This document shows, one piece after another, positions 18,831 through 30,262 of a DNA stretch of 64,000 nt (positions are counted from its first letter, which is position 1; the number at the start of each line of letters is the position of its first letter). A program made the translations under genes and the position numbers. Under the pieces are notes generated by a model, which saw only the letters and a program-made list of their open reading frames with translations, was not told the origin of the DNA and did not search any database. Source of the DNA: an uncultured Methylomirabilota bacterium (lineage in GTDB: Bacteria > Methylomirabilota > Methylomirabilia > Methylomirabilales > 2-02-FULL-66-22); assembly GCA_963705305.1 (NCBI GenBank), contig OY970067.1, forward strand, positions 3,104,001 to 3,168,000. The letters run 5' to 3'.

Positions 18831-21332
18831 GTGAAAGACCAGGAGCCGGTGGAGGCGGTGGAGCAGCCGTTCGCCGAAAAAGAGACAGACGCCATCGATG
18901 AGGCGATGGACAGCGGTGCAGGGATCGAGCGCCCGCAGGCCGATCGCAAGATGCCGACCGATATCCCGGTCCTGCCGGTGCGCGATGTGGTGGTGTATCC
19001 CTTCATGATCCTCCCCCTCTTCGTCGGGCGGGACAAATCCATTCGGGCGGTGGACGAGGCGCTGTCGCGGGAACGGCTGATCCTCTTGGTGGCCCAGCGC
19101 GATGCGGAGGCGGAGGATCCGGCGCCGGAGGGTCTCCACCCCGTGGGCACCGTGGCCATGATCATGCGGATGCTGAAGATGCCCGACGGCCGCGTGAAGA
19201 TCCTGGTCCAGGGAGTCTCCCGCGCCACGGTGCTGTCGTTCGTGCGGCGGGATCCCTACTTCGAGGCCAAGATCAGCGAGGTCGCGGAGCCTGAGAACGC
19301 TCCGCAGGGGTTGGAGGCGGAAGCGTTGATCCGGTCGGTGAAAGAGCAGATCCAGAAGGGCATCAATCTCGGCAAGGGCGTATCCCCGGATGTGCAGGTC
19401 ATCATCAACAATCTGGAGCACGCCGGGCGCCTGGCGGATCTGGTGGCCAGCAACATGGATCTCCGGGTCGAGCAGGCCCAGCAGATCCTGGAGACCTTCG
19501 ATCCGGTAGAGCGGCTGCGCAGGCTCTCCGAGCTTCTGGGCAAGGAGCTCGAGGTTCTGGAGATGCAGCACAAGATCCAGAGCCAGGCCCGCGAGGAGAT
19601 GGACAAGACCCATCGGGAATACTACCTCCGGGAGCAGCTCAAGGCCATCCAGAAGGAGCTGGGCGAGGCCGACGAGCGGGGGCAGGAGATACAGGAGCTG
19701 GAGCAAAAGATCGAAAAAGCCAAGATGCCCCCGCCGGTGCTGCAGGAGGCCAAGACGCAGCTGGGCCGCCTGTCCCGCATGCATCCGGATGCCGCGGAGG
19801 CCTCCGTCATCCGGACCTATCTGGACTGGCTCATCGATCTGCCGTGGGCCAAACAGACCCACGACAAACTGAGTATCAAGCAGGCCCAGAAGATCCTCGA
19901 CGAGGACCACTACGACCTGGAGAAGGTCAAGGAGCGCATCCTCGAATACCTGGCGGTCCGGTCGCTCAAGAAGAAGCTGCAGAAGAAGATGAAGGGGCCG
20001 ATCCTGTGCTTCGTCGGACCGCCCGGCGTGGGAAAGACCTCGCTGGGGCGCTCCATCGCCCGCGCGCTGGGACGCAAGTTCGTGCGGATCTCCCTGGGAG
20101 GCGTCCGGGATGAGGCGGAGATCCGGGGACATCGGCGCACCTATATCGGGGCGCTGCCGGGCAAGATCATCCAGAGCATCAAGCAGTCCGGGACCAACAA
20201 TCCCGTCTTCATGATGGATGAGATCGACAAGGTGGGGGCCGACTTCCGTGGCGACCCGTCGGCGGCCCTGCTGGAGGTCCTGGATCCTGAGCAGAACGAA
20301 TCGTTCACGGATCACTACCTGGGGGTGCCATTCGACCTCCGCAACACCATGTTCATCACCACGGCCAACCTGGCCGATCCGATCATTCCGGCCCTGAAGG
20401 ATCGAATGGAGATCATCGAGATCTCGGGCTATACCGAAGAGGAGAAGCTGCATATCGCCCGCCGCTACATTCTCCCGCGCCAGCTGGAGGAGCACGGCAT
20501 CACGGGGCGGCACCTGGAGCTGCCCGACGAAGCCATCCTCAAGATCATCCAGAGCTACACCCGGGAGGCGGGACTTCGCAATCTGGAGCGGGAGGTGGCG
20601 CAGGTGTGCCGGAAGGTGGCCCGGGAGGTGGCGGCCGGCAAGAAGGGCACGATGCGCGTCACGCCCGCCGGATTGGACCGGTTCCTGGGCTCGCCCAAGT
20701 TTCTCCCCGAGCCCGAGCAGGAGCGGGACGAGGTCGGCGTGGCCACCGGGCTGGTGTGGACCCAGACCGGCGGAGACATCCAGTACATCGAATGTACCAT
20801 GATGCGCGGCAAGGGGAACCTGTCGCTCACCGGCCACCTGGGGGATGTCATCAAGGAGTCGGCCCAGGCGGCCATGAGTTACGCGCGGTCCCGGGCGGCC
20901 GGCCTCCGCATCAAAGAGGAGACCTTTTCCAAACACGACTTTCACATTCACCTTCCGGCCGGGGCTATCCCCAAGGACGGCCCCTCGGCTGGCATTACCA
21001 TGGCCACGGTTCTGATCTCTTGCCTGACCCGGACGCCGGTCCGCCGGGACGTGGCCATGACCGGGGAGATCACGCTGCGCGGCAAGGTGTTGCCCATCGG
21101 CGGCCTCAAGGAGAAGGTCCTGGCGGCTCGCCGCATGGGGATCAAGACGGTCGTCATCCCGACCAAGAATGACAAGGACGTGAAGGAGCTCCCCGCCAAC
21201 GTTCGGCGGGGGATGCGCTTCGTCTATGTGGACCACATGGACCAGGTGCTGGATGTCGCCTTGGTAAAGGGGGTCGGGGCCCGCAGGCGCCCGGCCCCGC
21301 CCGTCGAGCCACGGGTGGCGGCCCGCGCCTGA
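18831..21332 (+). CDS. lon: ATP-dependent protease La
   Basis: Lon N-domain, [29 protein letters not shown]. Confidence 0.97.
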   Translation: MKDQEPVEAVEQPFAEKETDAIDEAMDSGAGIERPQADRKMPTDIPVLPVRDVVVYPFMILPLFVGRDKSIRAVDEALSRERLILLVAQRDAEAEDPAPEGLHPVGTVAMIMRMLKMPDGRVKILVQGVSRATVLSFVRRDPYFEAKISEVAEPENAPQGLEAEALIRSVKEQIQKGINLGKGVSPDVQVIINNLEHAGRLADLVASNMDLRVEQAQQILETFDPVERLRRLSELLGKELEVLEMQHKIQSQAREEMDKTHREYYLREQLKAIQKELGEADERGQEIQELEQKIEKAKMPPPVLQEAKTQLGRLSRMHPDAAEASVIRTYLDWLIDLPWAKQTHDKLSIKQAQKILDEDHYDLEKVKERILEYLAVRSLKKKLQKKMKGPILCFVGPPGVGKTSLGRSIARALGRKFVRISLGGVRDEAEIRGHRRTYIGALPGKIIQSIKQSGTNNPVFMMDEIDKVGADFRGDPSAALLEVLDPEQNESFTDHYLGVPFDLRNTMFITTANLADPIIPALKDRMEIIEISGYTEEEKLHIARRYILPRQLEEHGITGRHLELPDEAILKIIQSYTREAGLRNLEREVAQVCRKVAREVAAGKKGTMRVTPAGLDRFLGSPKFLPEPEQERDEVGVATGLVWTQTGGDIQYIECTMMRGKGNLSLTGHLGDVIKESAQAAMSYARSRAAGLRIKEETFSKHDFHIHLPAGAIPKDGPSAGITMATVLISCLTRTPVRRDVAMTGEITLRGKVLPIGGLKEKVLAARRMGIKTVVIPTKNDKDVKELPANVRRGMRFVYVDHMDQVLDVALVKGVGARRRPAPPVEPRVAARA

Positions 21333-21360
21333 GTGACCGGTGAGACAGCCGGGCGGCCAG

Positions 21361-21440
21361 CGGATTGCGGAGTGCGGATTTCGGAATCGAGGGACGAGCA
21401 GGCTTTCCCCCAATCCGCAATGCCCAATCCGCATTGCGAA
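21361..21440. repeat. Heptameric inverted repeat tract
   Basis: cggattgcggagtgcggatttcggaat ... caatccgcaatgcccaatccgca. Confidence 0.65.
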
Positions 21441-21479
21441 AATGGCGAGTTTCAGCCAGCAAGGAGGAGCGCACTCGTT

Positions 21480-23147
21480 TTGAGCCAGCCTGAACCGTGG
21501 ATGCGGATCATTCCCTTGGGGGGACTAGGCGAGATCGGCATGAACATGACCCTCCTCGAGACCGAGAAGGATCTGCTGGTCATCGATGTCGGCCTCATGT
21601 TTCCCGAGGAGGAGATGCTGGGGATCGACCTCGTCCTCCCCGAAGTGACCTACCTCCTGGACCATCCGGACAAAGTCCGCGGCGTCGTCCTCACCCATGG
21701 CCACGAAGACCACTGCGGCGGCCTGCCGTACCTCTTGCCGCGGCTGTCCGTGCCTGTCTTCGGAACCCGCCTGGCGCTCGGCCTGGTGCAGGAGAAGCTG
21801 CGAGAGTTCGGCCTGGTCGGCACCGCCGATCTCCGGCCCGTGCAGGCGAAGGACGTCATCCAGCTCGGCGGCCTGGCGGTGGAATTCATCCGGGTCAGCC
21901 ACAGCATTCCGGACGGGGTTGCGGTCGCCGTCCAGACTCCAGCCGGCCTCCTCGTCCACACCGGCGACTTCAAGTTCGATCAGGCCCCGGTGGACGGTGA
22001 GCTGACGGACATCCAGCGCTTTACCGAGCTCGGCATCCAGGGCGTACAGGTGCTCCTCTCCGACAGCACCAACGCCACGCGACCGGGATTCACCCCCTCC
22101 GAGTCGGCCATCGGGCAGACCTTCGAGCAGGTCTTCCGGGAGGCTCCCCGCCGGATCATCGTGGCCTGTTTCGCCAGCAACATCCACCGCATCCAGCAGA
22201 TCCTGGATGTGGCTGCGCGCCTCGGAAAGAAGGTGGCGGTCAACGGCAAGAGCATGCTGGCCAATACCCGGATCGCCGCCGAGCTGGGGTACCTCCGGGT
22301 TCCTGCGGACACGCTCGTTCGGCTGGAAGAGCTGCAGCGACATCCCCCGAACCAGGGGGTGATCGTCACCACCGGCAGTCAGGGTGAGCCCCTATCCGCA
22401 GTGGCCCGCATGGCCGTGGGGGAGCACCGGCAGCTGGATATCCAGCCGGGGGATACGGTGATCTTCTCGGCCCGCGTGATCCCGGGCAACGAGCAGTCGA
22501 TCGCCCGCACCATCAATCAGCTCTTCAGGCGGGGGGCCCAGGTCATTACGGAGGACGTCATGCCGAACGTCCATGTCTCCGGGCATCCCAGCCGGGAGGA
22601 GCTGAAGCTGATGCTGAACCTCACCCGGCCGCGATTCTTCGTCCCGGTCCACGGCGAGCTCCGGCATCTGCACGCCCATGCCAGACTGGCCCGGGAGACG
22701 GGCGTGCCGGACGATCAGATCGTGCTCCTGGAGGACGGCGACGTGCTGGAGGTGACGCCGAGTCGCGCCGCCGTCGTGGGCAGCGTCCCGATCGGGCGCG
22801 TCCTGGTCGACGGCAAGGGGGTCGGGGTCGTCGGGGACACCATCCTGCGGGATCGGCAGCATCTGGCCCAGGATGGCATGGTGGTGGTCGTCCTCGGCTT
22901 TGACAAGACGGGCGCCGTGGTGGCCGGTCCGGACATCATCTCGCGGGGCGTGGGTCACCTGTCGGAGGACGATCCCCTGTGCGAGGAGGCCCGCCAGCTC
23001 ATCCTGACGGTCCTGGAGGGGTGCAGCGTCGAGGAGAAGACCGACTGGGCCCTCATCAAGCAGCGGATCCGATCGGTGCTCCGGAAGTTCCTGAAGAAGC
23101 TGGTGGACCGCCACCCCATGATTCTCCCCGTGATCATCGAATTGTAG
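21480..23147 (+). CDS. rnj: Ribonuclease J
   Basis: PLGGLGEIGMN, THGHEDH, HSIPD, GDFK, HVSGH; RBS AAGGAGGAG before TTG. Confidence 0.95.
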   Translation: MSQPEPWMRIIPLGGLGEIGMNMTLLETEKDLLVIDVGLMFPEEEMLGIDLVLPEVTYLLDHPDKVRGVVLTHGHEDHCGGLPYLLPRLSVPVFGTRLALGLVQEKLREFGLVGTADLRPVQAKDVIQLGGLAVEFIRVSHSIPDGVAVAVQTPAGLLVHTGDFKFDQAPVDGELTDIQRFTELGIQGVQVLLSDSTNATRPGFTPSESAIGQTFEQVFREAPRRIIVACFASNIHRIQQILDVAARLGKKVAVNGKSMLANTRIAAELGYLRVPADTLVRLEELQRHPPNQGVIVTTGSQGEPLSAVARMAVGEHRQLDIQPGDTVIFSARVIPGNEQSIARTINQLFRRGAQVITEDVMPNVHVSGHPSREELKLMLNLTRPRFFVPVHGELRHLHAHARLARETGVPDDQIVLLEDGDVLEVTPSRAAVVGSVPIGRVLVDGKGVGVVGDTILRDRQHLAQDGMVVVVLGFDKTGAVVAGPDIISRGVGHLSEDDPLCEEARQLILTVLEGCSVEEKTDWALIKQRIRSVLRKFLKKLVDRHPMILPVIIEL

Positions 23148-23264
23148 GCACGGACGGGTCTCGCCGGCGGTTGAGCCGCCGGGGTGCGCGCGAAAGAAAG
23201 GGCTTGGCGATTGCCCGGCCGCACGTTATAAGGTGAGATCGTTGGGATGCCTGCGGGAGGACCC

Positions 23265-25523
23265 GTGGCTGCGGATCTGAGCCGGCCGAGTGTGTGGATC
23301 AGGAGCCTGCTGGCCTTCTGGCGCCATGACAAGACGCGGGAGGGGGCGGGCGTCCTGGCCATGGCGGGGGCTGTGCTCGTTCTCGCCAGCCTGGCCACCT
23401 TCGACCCCCAGGATCCCTCCTTCTTCACCTTCGCCAGCGCCGATCGGCTGGTTCGCAACGCCGTCGGGCGCGTCGGGGCGGAGGTCGCGGGAGATCTCCT
23501 AGGCCTCCTGGGCGTCTCGGCCCTTCTCCTGCCGCCGGCCCTGTTCGTCTGGGGCTGGATCTCCATCGGGGGGCGGCGAATCACCCACGCCTGGCGCCGG
23601 GCCCTCGGGCTGGCCCTGATCGCCCCGTCGCTGAGCCTCCTGGCCAGCGTCCTGCACCACATGAATGTCATGCCGGGCGGACGAGTGGATCGACCGGGGG
23701 GATTCCTGGGCGATGAGGCTTTCCGCCTGCTGGCGTATTCCTTCGGGACATTCGGCATGGGGGTCCTGGCCGTGACGGGGATTGCCCTGGCGGTCATCTT
23801 TCTCTCGGAGCGCTCATTCGCTTCGCTGATGAGCTGGCCCTCGCTGGGCCTGGCCTGGCTCTCCGCCAAGGCGAAGGGGACCCTGGCGGCCTCCCGGGCC
23901 TGGTGGATTTCCCGCTCCGTGCCTCGGTCGGCGCCACCCCCGGTCCAAGGGGAGGCGACCCCGCCACCGCCGGCCGCAGCCGAGACTCCGGAGGCGGAAG
24001 AGGCCAGCTCCTCCCTGCGCCGGGAGTCCAAACCGCCCAAGTCGGCCAAGGCACACCAGCAGACGTTTCCCTTTGCGGCGTCCAAGGAGGGCTACGTGCG
24101 GCCTTCCCTGAAGCTCCTGGACGTGCCCCCGAGCGAGGCGGCGGGGTCGAGTCCAGAAGAGATGGCGCAGAACTCGCGCCTGCTGGAGAAGAAGCTCCAG
24201 GAATTCGGGGTGGAGGGCCGGGTCACGGCGGTGAATCCCGGCCCCGTGATCACCAGTTACGAGCTGGAGCCGGGCCCCGGCATCAAGATCAACCGGATCG
24301 TGGCGCTGGCAGACGATCTGGCGCTGGGCCTGAAGGCGATGAGCGTCCGCGTGGTGGCGCCGATCCCGGGCAAGGCGGCGGTGGGCGTCGAGATTCCCAA
24401 CCAGCACCGGGCCACCGTCTACCTACGGGAGGTGCTGGCGGGCAAGGAGTTTGCCGCCGAGGGCCTGCAGCTACCGCTGGCGTTGGGGAAGGACATTGGG
24501 GGGGGGCCGGTGGTGGCGGACCTGGCGCAGATGCCCCACCTGTTGATCGCCGGGGAGACCGGATCGGGGAAGAGCGTCTGCATCAGCTCGCTCATCCTCA
24601 GCCTAGTCTTCCGATCCAAGCCGAAGGAGATCCGCCTGCTGCTCATCGACCCCAAGCGCGTCGAGCTCTCTGCCTACAACGGCATCCCGCAGCTGGCCGA
24701 CAAGGTCGTGGTCGACTCCAAGGAGGCCGCCCGGCGGCTGCAGCGGGTCGTCCTGCACATGGAGGAGCGATACAAGCTGTTTGCCCAAGTCGGGGCGCGC
24801 AACCTCCAGAGCTACAATCGGCGCATGGCGCTGGACCCGCCCAAAGAGGACGAGTTGACCCAGGGCTCCCACCGCGGGCAGCTCCCCATGCTGGTCGTGG
24901 TGATCGACGAGCTGGCCGACCTAATGATAACCGGGCAGAGCGACGTGGAGAACGCCATCATGCGGCTGGCCCAGATGGCTCGGGCGGTCGGCATCCACTT
25001 GATCGTGGCAACCCAGCGGCCCTCGGTGGATGTGCTCACGGGTGTCATCAAGGCCAACTTTCCCGCCCGGATCTCGTTCCGGGTGGCCACCAAAGTCGAT
25101 TCCCGGACTATTCTGGACATGAACGGGGCGGAGGCCCTGCTGGGCAAGGGGGACATGCTGTTCGTGCCCCCCGGCAGCTCGAAGCCCATCCGGATCCACG
25201 GCTGCAACGTGACCGAGGTGGAGATCCGGCGCGTGGTGGAATTCCTGGCGGCGCAGCCCCGGCCGGAGGAGTTCGTCTGGGGGCTGCTCCCGCCAGAGCC
25301 GGAAGCCTCGCCGGACGAGGAGGCAACGGACGAGCTGTACCGGCAGGCCGTGGAGATGGTGGTCCAAACCCAACAGGCGTCCATCTCAATGATCCAGCGT
25401 CGCCTGCGGGTGGGGTTCAATCGCGCCGCCCGCATGATCGAGCGAATGGAGCAGGAGGGCATTGTCAGTCCGATGGACGGGACCAGGCCCCGCGAGGTCC
25501 TGGTGTCCCGCACGGAGTCCTGA
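23265..25523 (+). CDS. ftsK: DNA translocase FtsK
   Basis: N-terminal TMs, AGETGSGKS, IDELADLM, ATQRPSVDV, gamma domain GFNRAARMIE. Confidence 0.96.
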   Translation: MAADLSRPSVWIRSLLAFWRHDKTREGAGVLAMAGAVLVLASLATFDPQDPSFFTFASADRLVRNAVGRVGAEVAGDLLGLLGVSALLLPPALFVWGWISIGGRRITHAWRRALGLALIAPSLSLLASVLHHMNVMPGGRVDRPGGFLGDEAFRLLAYSFGTFGMGVLAVTGIALAVIFLSERSFASLMSWPSLGLAWLSAKAKGTLAASRAWWISRSVPRSAPPPVQGEATPPPPAAAETPEAEEASSSLRRESKPPKSAKAHQQTFPFAASKEGYVRPSLKLLDVPPSEAAGSSPEEMAQNSRLLEKKLQEFGVEGRVTAVNPGPVITSYELEPGPGIKINRIVALADDLALGLKAMSVRVVAPIPGKAAVGVEIPNQHRATVYLREVLAGKEFAAEGLQLPLALGKDIGGGPVVADLAQMPHLLIAGETGSGKSVCISSLILSLVFRSKPKEIRLLLIDPKRVELSAYNGIPQLADKVVVDSKEAARRLQRVVLHMEERYKLFAQVGARNLQSYNRRMALDPPKEDELTQGSHRGQLPMLVVVIDELADLMITGQSDVENAIMRLAQMARAVGIHLIVATQRPSVDVLTGVIKANFPARISFRVATKVDSRTILDMNGAEALLGKGDMLFVPPGSSKPIRIHGCNVTEVEIRRVVEFLAAQPRPEEFVWGLLPPEPEASPDEEATDELYRQAVEMVVQTQQASISMIQRRLRVGFNRAARMIERMEQEGIVSPMDGTRPREVLVSRTES

Positions 25524-25524
25524 C

Positions 25525-26226
25525 GTGGCGTTTCGCAATGTCGTGGCGGGCGTGGCGGGGCTCGCAGTCGGCCTGGCCCTGTGTGCGGGGGGGGTCGGGC
25601 ACGCCGCGGGCGCCGAGACCGCCCCTCCTCTCGAGCAGGTGGTCACGCGCGTGCAGGAGACGTGCGCGCGGACCCGGGATCTCAGCGCCCATTTCCAGCA
25701 GACCGCCACGAACCGGGCGCTCGGGCAGGTCCAGGAGGCCAGCGGCCGCTTCCTCCTGAAGCGGCCCGGCAAGATGCGGTGGGAGTACGAGAAGCCGGAC
25801 CCCCGTCTGTTCGTCACCGACGGGAAGACCCTGTGGGCCTACAGCCCCAGGGACAAGCAGGTCGTCAGGCAGACCCTGGGCGAGGCGCTGCCCTCGCGGA
25901 TTCCCCTGTCGTTTCTGGCCGGGGACTGCGACCTGCGCCGGGATTTCCGCATCGGCGAGGTCGAGAACGCAGCCACCCGTTCGGCCGCGGCCTCCAGCAT
26001 GATCCTGGATCTGACGCCCAAGCGCCCGGAGGGCGGGATCGCCCGCATCTTGCTGGAGGTGAATCTGGCAACGTATACCGTCGCGCGGACGACGCTGTTC
26101 GACGCCTACGGCAACACTACGGTGATCGCCCTGACGGATCTCAAGTTAAATCCGGGGGTGCCCGAATCGGAGTTCGAGTTCACGCCGCCGCCGGGCGTGG
26201 CCGTGACCGCCCCCCCGGGGCAATAG
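25525..26226 (+). CDS. lolA: Outer-membrane lipoprotein carrier LolA
   Basis: Signal peptide, KRPGKMRWEY..DGKTLW, F.FTPPPG; follows ftsK. Confidence 0.9.
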   Translation: MAFRNVVAGVAGLAVGLALCAGGVGHAAGAETAPPLEQVVTRVQETCARTRDLSAHFQQTATNRALGQVQEASGRFLLKRPGKMRWEYEKPDPRLFVTDGKTLWAYSPRDKQVVRQTLGEALPSRIPLSFLAGDCDLRRDFRIGEVENAATRSAAASSMILDLTPKRPEGGIARILLEVNLATYTVARTTLFDAYGNTTVIALTDLKLNPGVPESEFEFTPPPGVAVTAPPGQ

Positions 26227-26280
26227 CCGAGGGTCCGGCCGCCAGCGCTTGCCCGGCCCGGCGCAGTTGGCAGGGAGGCC

Positions 26281-26775
26281 ATGAGCAAGGAGTGTTCGTT
26301 CGACATCGTCTCCAAGATCGAGCTGCAGGAGGTCGACAACGCGATCAACCAGACGGCCCGCGAGATCGGCCAGCGTTTCGACTTCAAAGGCAGTCACGCC
26401 GCGGTGACGCGGGAGGAGTATGCCCTGGTGCTCACCGCCGAGGACGAGTTCAAGCTGAAACAGATGCTGGACATCCTGGAGTCCAAGTTGGTTAAGCGCC
26501 AGGTGCCGCTGAAGGCGCTCAGCCGGGAAAAGGTCGAGCCCGCCGCGGGCGGCCGGGTGCGCCAGCAGATCCGGATCCAGCAGGGGATTCCGACGGAGAA
26601 GGCGCGCGAGATCGCCAAGCTCATCAAGGGGACGAAGCGCAGGGTTCAGGCGCAGATCCAGGATGACCAGGTCCGAGTGTTCGGGCGGGACAAGGACGAG
26701 CTGCAGGCCGTGATCCAGCACCTGCGCGAGCAGGAGCTGGGCATTCACATGCAGTTCGTCAACTTCCGGTCCTGA
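26281..26775 (+). CDS. yajQ: YajQ family nucleotide/c-di-GMP-binding protein
   Basis: SFDIVS..QEVDNAINQ..RFDFKGS..QFVNFR. Confidence 0.95.
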   Translation: MSKECSFDIVSKIELQEVDNAINQTAREIGQRFDFKGSHAAVTREEYALVLTAEDEFKLKQMLDILESKLVKRQVPLKALSREKVEPAAGGRVRQQIRIQQGIPTEKAREIAKLIKGTKRRVQAQIQDDQVRVFGRDKDELQAVIQHLREQELGIHMQFVNFRS

Positions 26776-26833
26776 GGCGATAGCCGCCCGTGCAGCCCCC
26801 GCCTCGGGAGGGGCGGCGGGGACGGAGGCTGGG

Positions 26834-28372
26834 ATGTCCAAGCACGTGTTGGTCGTGGACAACGACCGGTTCTGCGTGGAGGTCCTGGCCGACTTTCTGG
26901 CCGAGTCGGGCCACACGGTCAGCAGGGCTTTCGACGGCATGGAGGCGATCGAGGCGCTGCAACGGCAGCGGCCGGACGTGGTCCTCCTCGATATGGTCAT
27001 GCCCAAGATCGATGGGGACCAGGTCCTGCGCTACATCCGGGAAAATCCCGAGACCTGTGACATCCGGGTGGTCATCGTCTCGGGAACGCTGGTCGAGGAG
27101 AACCGGGAACGGCTCCTGGCCATGGGGGCCGACGGCTACGTGGCCAAGGGGCGGCTGGAAGATCTGCGGCGCAACGTCCAGGCGGTCCTCGAGCGGCTGG
27201 ACCGCGACGGCGCGAGGGCGCGGCGGGAGGTGCTGGGACTCGAGAAGCTGGTTCCCCGCGAGAAGGTGCGGGAGCTCCTGGCCACGCGCCGGTACAAGGC
27301 AGCCATCCTCCGTACCATCGGGGAGGGCGTGGTGGAGGTTGACGAGCAGGGCCGAATCCTGGCAATCAACCGGGCGGGGGTGGAGATCCTGGGGCAGTCC
27401 GAGGGGCAGTTGATCGGCAAGCCGCTCACCACCTTGCTGGGTGACGCGCATCGGACCACGCTGGAGAACATTCTGGCCCGCTCCATGGCCGACACCGGCG
27501 CGGCGGATACCGCAACGGTTCGCTACCGGGACCGGACGCTGCGAATCAACCTGGCCCGGGTGGCGCCGGAGGATCCTGCCAGCGGCCTCTTCCTTATCTT
27601 GCACGACATCACGGATCTGGCCGAGAAAATCGAAGAGCTTTCCACCCTCAACGCCCGCCTGCAGGCCATGGACGGGATGCGCTCCGAGCTCCTGACCATG
27701 GTCTCCCACGACCTCCACACGCCCTTGACGGCCATCAAGGGCTCGCTGGAGGTTCTGCTGCACGAGGGGGTCGGCGTCGAGCTGGGGCGGGAGCTTCTGG
27801 GCATTGCCCAACAGAACGCCGACCGGCTCTTTCGGATGGTCAGCGATATCCTGGATCTGGCCCGGATCGAGGCCGGGCGGTTCTCCCGGCCGAGAGAGCC
27901 GTTCGACGTGGTGGTGTCCCTCCGGGGCACCATCGATCGGCTCCAGCGGATGGGGGCGGACAAGGGGATTACGTTCAGCCTCACGGCGCCGCAGCAGGTT
28001 CCCTTGGTCCTGGCCGATGGCTTCCGGATGGAGCAGGTCTTCACCAACCTCATGGGGAACGCGTTGAAGTTCACGCCCCGCGGCGGCCAGATCCGGGTCG
28101 TGGTCGAGGAGCTGGAGGGCGACATTCTAGTGGAGGTGCAGGACACCGGGGTGGGCATTCCGGCCGAGCACCTGGAGCGGATCTTCGATCGGTTCTACCG
28201 CGTTCCCTTGCCGGCCGGGGCGGCGGTGGACGGGACCGGTCTGGGCTTGACGATCTGCAAGGCGGTGGTCGAGGATCACGGGGGCCGCATCTGGGTGGAG
28301 AGCAAGGTCGGCCAGGGGACGACGTTCTTCGTGACGATTCCCAAGCAGGCGCCCGCCCCGACGCGGTCCTAG
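26834..28372 (+). CDS. REC-PAS-histidine kinase
   Basis: N-terminal receiver, PAS, SHDLHTPLT H-box, NALKF, DTGVGI, GTGLGL. Confidence 0.92.
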   Translation: MSKHVLVVDNDRFCVEVLADFLAESGHTVSRAFDGMEAIEALQRQRPDVVLLDMVMPKIDGDQVLRYIRENPETCDIRVVIVSGTLVEENRERLLAMGADGYVAKGRLEDLRRNVQAVLERLDRDGARARREVLGLEKLVPREKVRELLATRRYKAAILRTIGEGVVEVDEQGRILAINRAGVEILGQSEGQLIGKPLTTLLGDAHRTTLENILARSMADTGAADTATVRYRDRTLRINLARVAPEDPASGLFLILHDITDLAEKIEELSTLNARLQAMDGMRSELLTMVSHDLHTPLTAIKGSLEVLLHEGVGVELGRELLGIAQQNADRLFRMVSDILDLARIEAGRFSRPREPFDVVVSLRGTIDRLQRMGADKGITFSLTAPQQVPLVLADGFRMEQVFTNLMGNALKFTPRGGQIRVVVEELEGDILVEVQDTGVGIPAEHLERIFDRFYRVPLPAGAAVDGTGLGLTICKAVVEDHGGRIWVESKVGQGTTFFVTIPKQAPAPTRS

Positions 28373-28583
28373 CAGGCTGCTGAAAAAGCCCCATCTGCCG
28401 GGTACCCATCTGATGGGTGCCCAGCCTGCGGCCAGGTACCCGCGCGCTCGCGTAGCGCTGCAGCGTACGAGCGAAGTAGGCCTCGCGCCTTGCCGTTCGA
28501 CAGGCCCACGGCCCCGAGCGACGTCGAGGGGCATCTGGACCTTTTTGAGCAGCCTGGGCGAATACGGGCATTTCAGCATCCTG
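28373..28583. mobile_element. MITE/REP-like palindromic element, copy 2
   Basis: CAGGCTGCTGAAAAAG ... CTTTTTGAGCAGCCTG ... TTTCAGCATCCTG; flanked by CTAG and GTAG; inverted relative to 11384-11534. Confidence 0.75.
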
Positions 28584-28627
28584 GTAGGCTCCGGGTAACG
28601 CGACCGGCCGGGCTCCCGGCAGGGACC

Positions 28628-29137
28628 TCACCAGCCGTTCCGGTGGATCCGTGATGCATCGTAGCGGGCTGCCGGAGGAACTCGCTCGGCCGGGCGGCCC
28701 AGCGGGACCAGCGCCAGGGGGACAACCTCTGGCGGCAGCCGCAGCAGCCGCTGCATCCGCGCGACGCGCTCTTCCCCGGGATAGATTCCCACCCAGACGG
28801 CCCCCAAACCCTCCGCATGCGCGGCCAGCAAGAGGTTTTGCGTGGCGGCGGCGCAGTCCTGAGCCCAGTAGCCTTCGTACCGCTCCAGCCGGCGATCTCC
28901 ACAGACCAGCACGGCCACGGGCGCATGCCGCAGCATGTCCGCGTACGGGTGGAAGGCAGGGATGGCGTCGAGCAGCTTCCGATCGGTGATGATGACGAAC
29001 TGCCAGGGCTGCTCATTGCCTGCGGACGGGGCGCTCATCGCCGCTTCCAGGAGCTTCCGGATTATTTGATCGGGGACCGGCTCCGGGGCATACTGCCGGA
29101 TACTGCGGCGGGTGAGAAGAGCCTCCATGGCATCCAT
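28628..29137 (-). CDS. Nitroreductase family protein
   Basis: TRRSIR, APSAGNEQPW, GLGAVWVG. Confidence 0.92.
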   Translation of the reverse strand: MDAMEALLTRRSIRQYAPEPVPDQIIRKLLEAAMSAPSAGNEQPWQFVIITDRKLLDAIPAFHPYADMLRHAPVAVLVCGDRRLERYEGYWAQDCAAATQNLLLAAHAEGLGAVWVGIYPGEERVARMQRLLRLPPEVVPLALVPLGRPAERVPPAARYDASRIHRNGW

Positions 29138-29239
29138 GCGTCCCTCCTGCCACTGCCGGTGAGTCGCCGGCGGGATGAAGCGAGATCGGCCGTTGCTCCG
29201 GGCCCCCGCCCTGCGCCGCCGCCGGCCGGGCGGACGGCC

Positions 29240-30262
29240 TCACAGCCGGATGGGGTACCGGCCGAACTCCTCCACGGCCTGCGACAGGGCCCGCACGTTG
29301 TCCGGCAGGAGGTATCCCGCCAGGCTGTTCCCGCTGGTGACGATGTAGCCGCCGCCGGGGGCGATGTCGCGAATCAACTCCCGCACCTCCTGTCGCACCA
29401 ACTCCGGCTCCCCCATGCCCAAGAGGTTCAGGTCCACATTCCCCAGGAGGCAGAGCCGCCTGCCGTAGGCTCGCTTCATGGCCCGGATGTCCATGGCGCC
29501 CTTTTCGTTGGGATGCAGGCCGGCAATCCCGATGCCGAGGAGGTCGTCCACGAAGGGGAGCACGTTGCCGTCGCTGTGGATGACCCACGGCAGGGAGATT
29601 TTCCGGGCCACGCGTCGATACCGGGGGAGCACCAGGTCGCGAAACACCCCGGGCGAGAAAAAGGGAGCCGTGTTGAAGGCCATATCGTCGGTGGAGACGA
29701 AAACGTCAAATCCGAGCCGGCACACGCGCTCCGCGACGGTTTCGATCCAGTCGCAGTACCGGTCCAGCACCGTCTCGATAAACGTCCGATTGTCGAAGAG
29801 GGCCAGGCAGAAGGTCTCCGTCCCCAGGCTGAGCATCGTGGGGAAAATGCCGATGCGCGTGACAAACCAGGCGGCGTAGCTCTCCTTCTGCCGCGCGAAT
29901 GTCTCGGCCTCGGCGTAGAGGGCGTCGTCGTGCGGATCGGGGAGGACCAGGGCGACTAGGTCGGCCTCGGTCTTAATCAGCCCTTCTCCGTAGAAAAGTC
30001 GGCCGTCCCGGCCGGCGTCCTTCCGGGCGAAGACGGGGGCCCTGAGAACATAACAAATATTGTCCATCTTGAGAGCCGCGGCCAGCGCCTTGGCCTCGTC
30101 CACCGTGTAGGCGTTCCCTTCCAGGTTGGCAGCCTGGCTCGTCGGCGCCCCCCATCCCAGCAGTCGCTCTGCCAGGCTGCGATCCACCCCCAGCTCGCAG
30201 TACGGGACGCGATCCGGCTCCTTCCGCTGCAGCGCCGCCAGCACTCTTTCGCGCGAGGTCAT
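29240..30262 (-). CDS. Uroporphyrinogen decarboxylase/MtaA-CmuA-like family protein
   Basis: MTSRERV..EPDRVP, DDMA, HSDGN, GNVD, GGGYIVTSGN. Confidence 0.85.
   Translation of the reverse strand: MTSRERVLAALQRKEPDRVPYCELGVDRSLAERLLGWGAPTSQAANLEGNAYTVDEAKALAAALKMDNICYVLRAPVFARKDAGRDGRLFYGEGLIKTEADLVALVLPDPHDDALYAEAETFARQKESYAAWFVTRIGIFPTMLSLGTETFCLALFDNRTFIETVLDRYCDWIETVAERVCRLGFDVFVSTDDMAFNTAPFFSPGVFRDLVLPRYRRVARKISLPWVIHSDGNVLPFVDDLLGIGIAGLHPNEKGAMDIRAMKRAYGRRLCLLGNVDLNLLGMGEPELVRQEVRELIRDIAPGGGYIVTSGNSLAGYLLPDNVRALSQAVEEFGRYPIRL

Noticed and set aside
18375..21434. 1019-aa antisense ORF over lon, and similar long shadow ORFs opposite ffh, the radical SAM gene, rimO and glycerate kinase
   Set aside because: Expected in high-GC DNA opposite real genes; no motifs. 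The 36525-39236 ORF is the frameshifted NadD-like gene running into antisense sequence.
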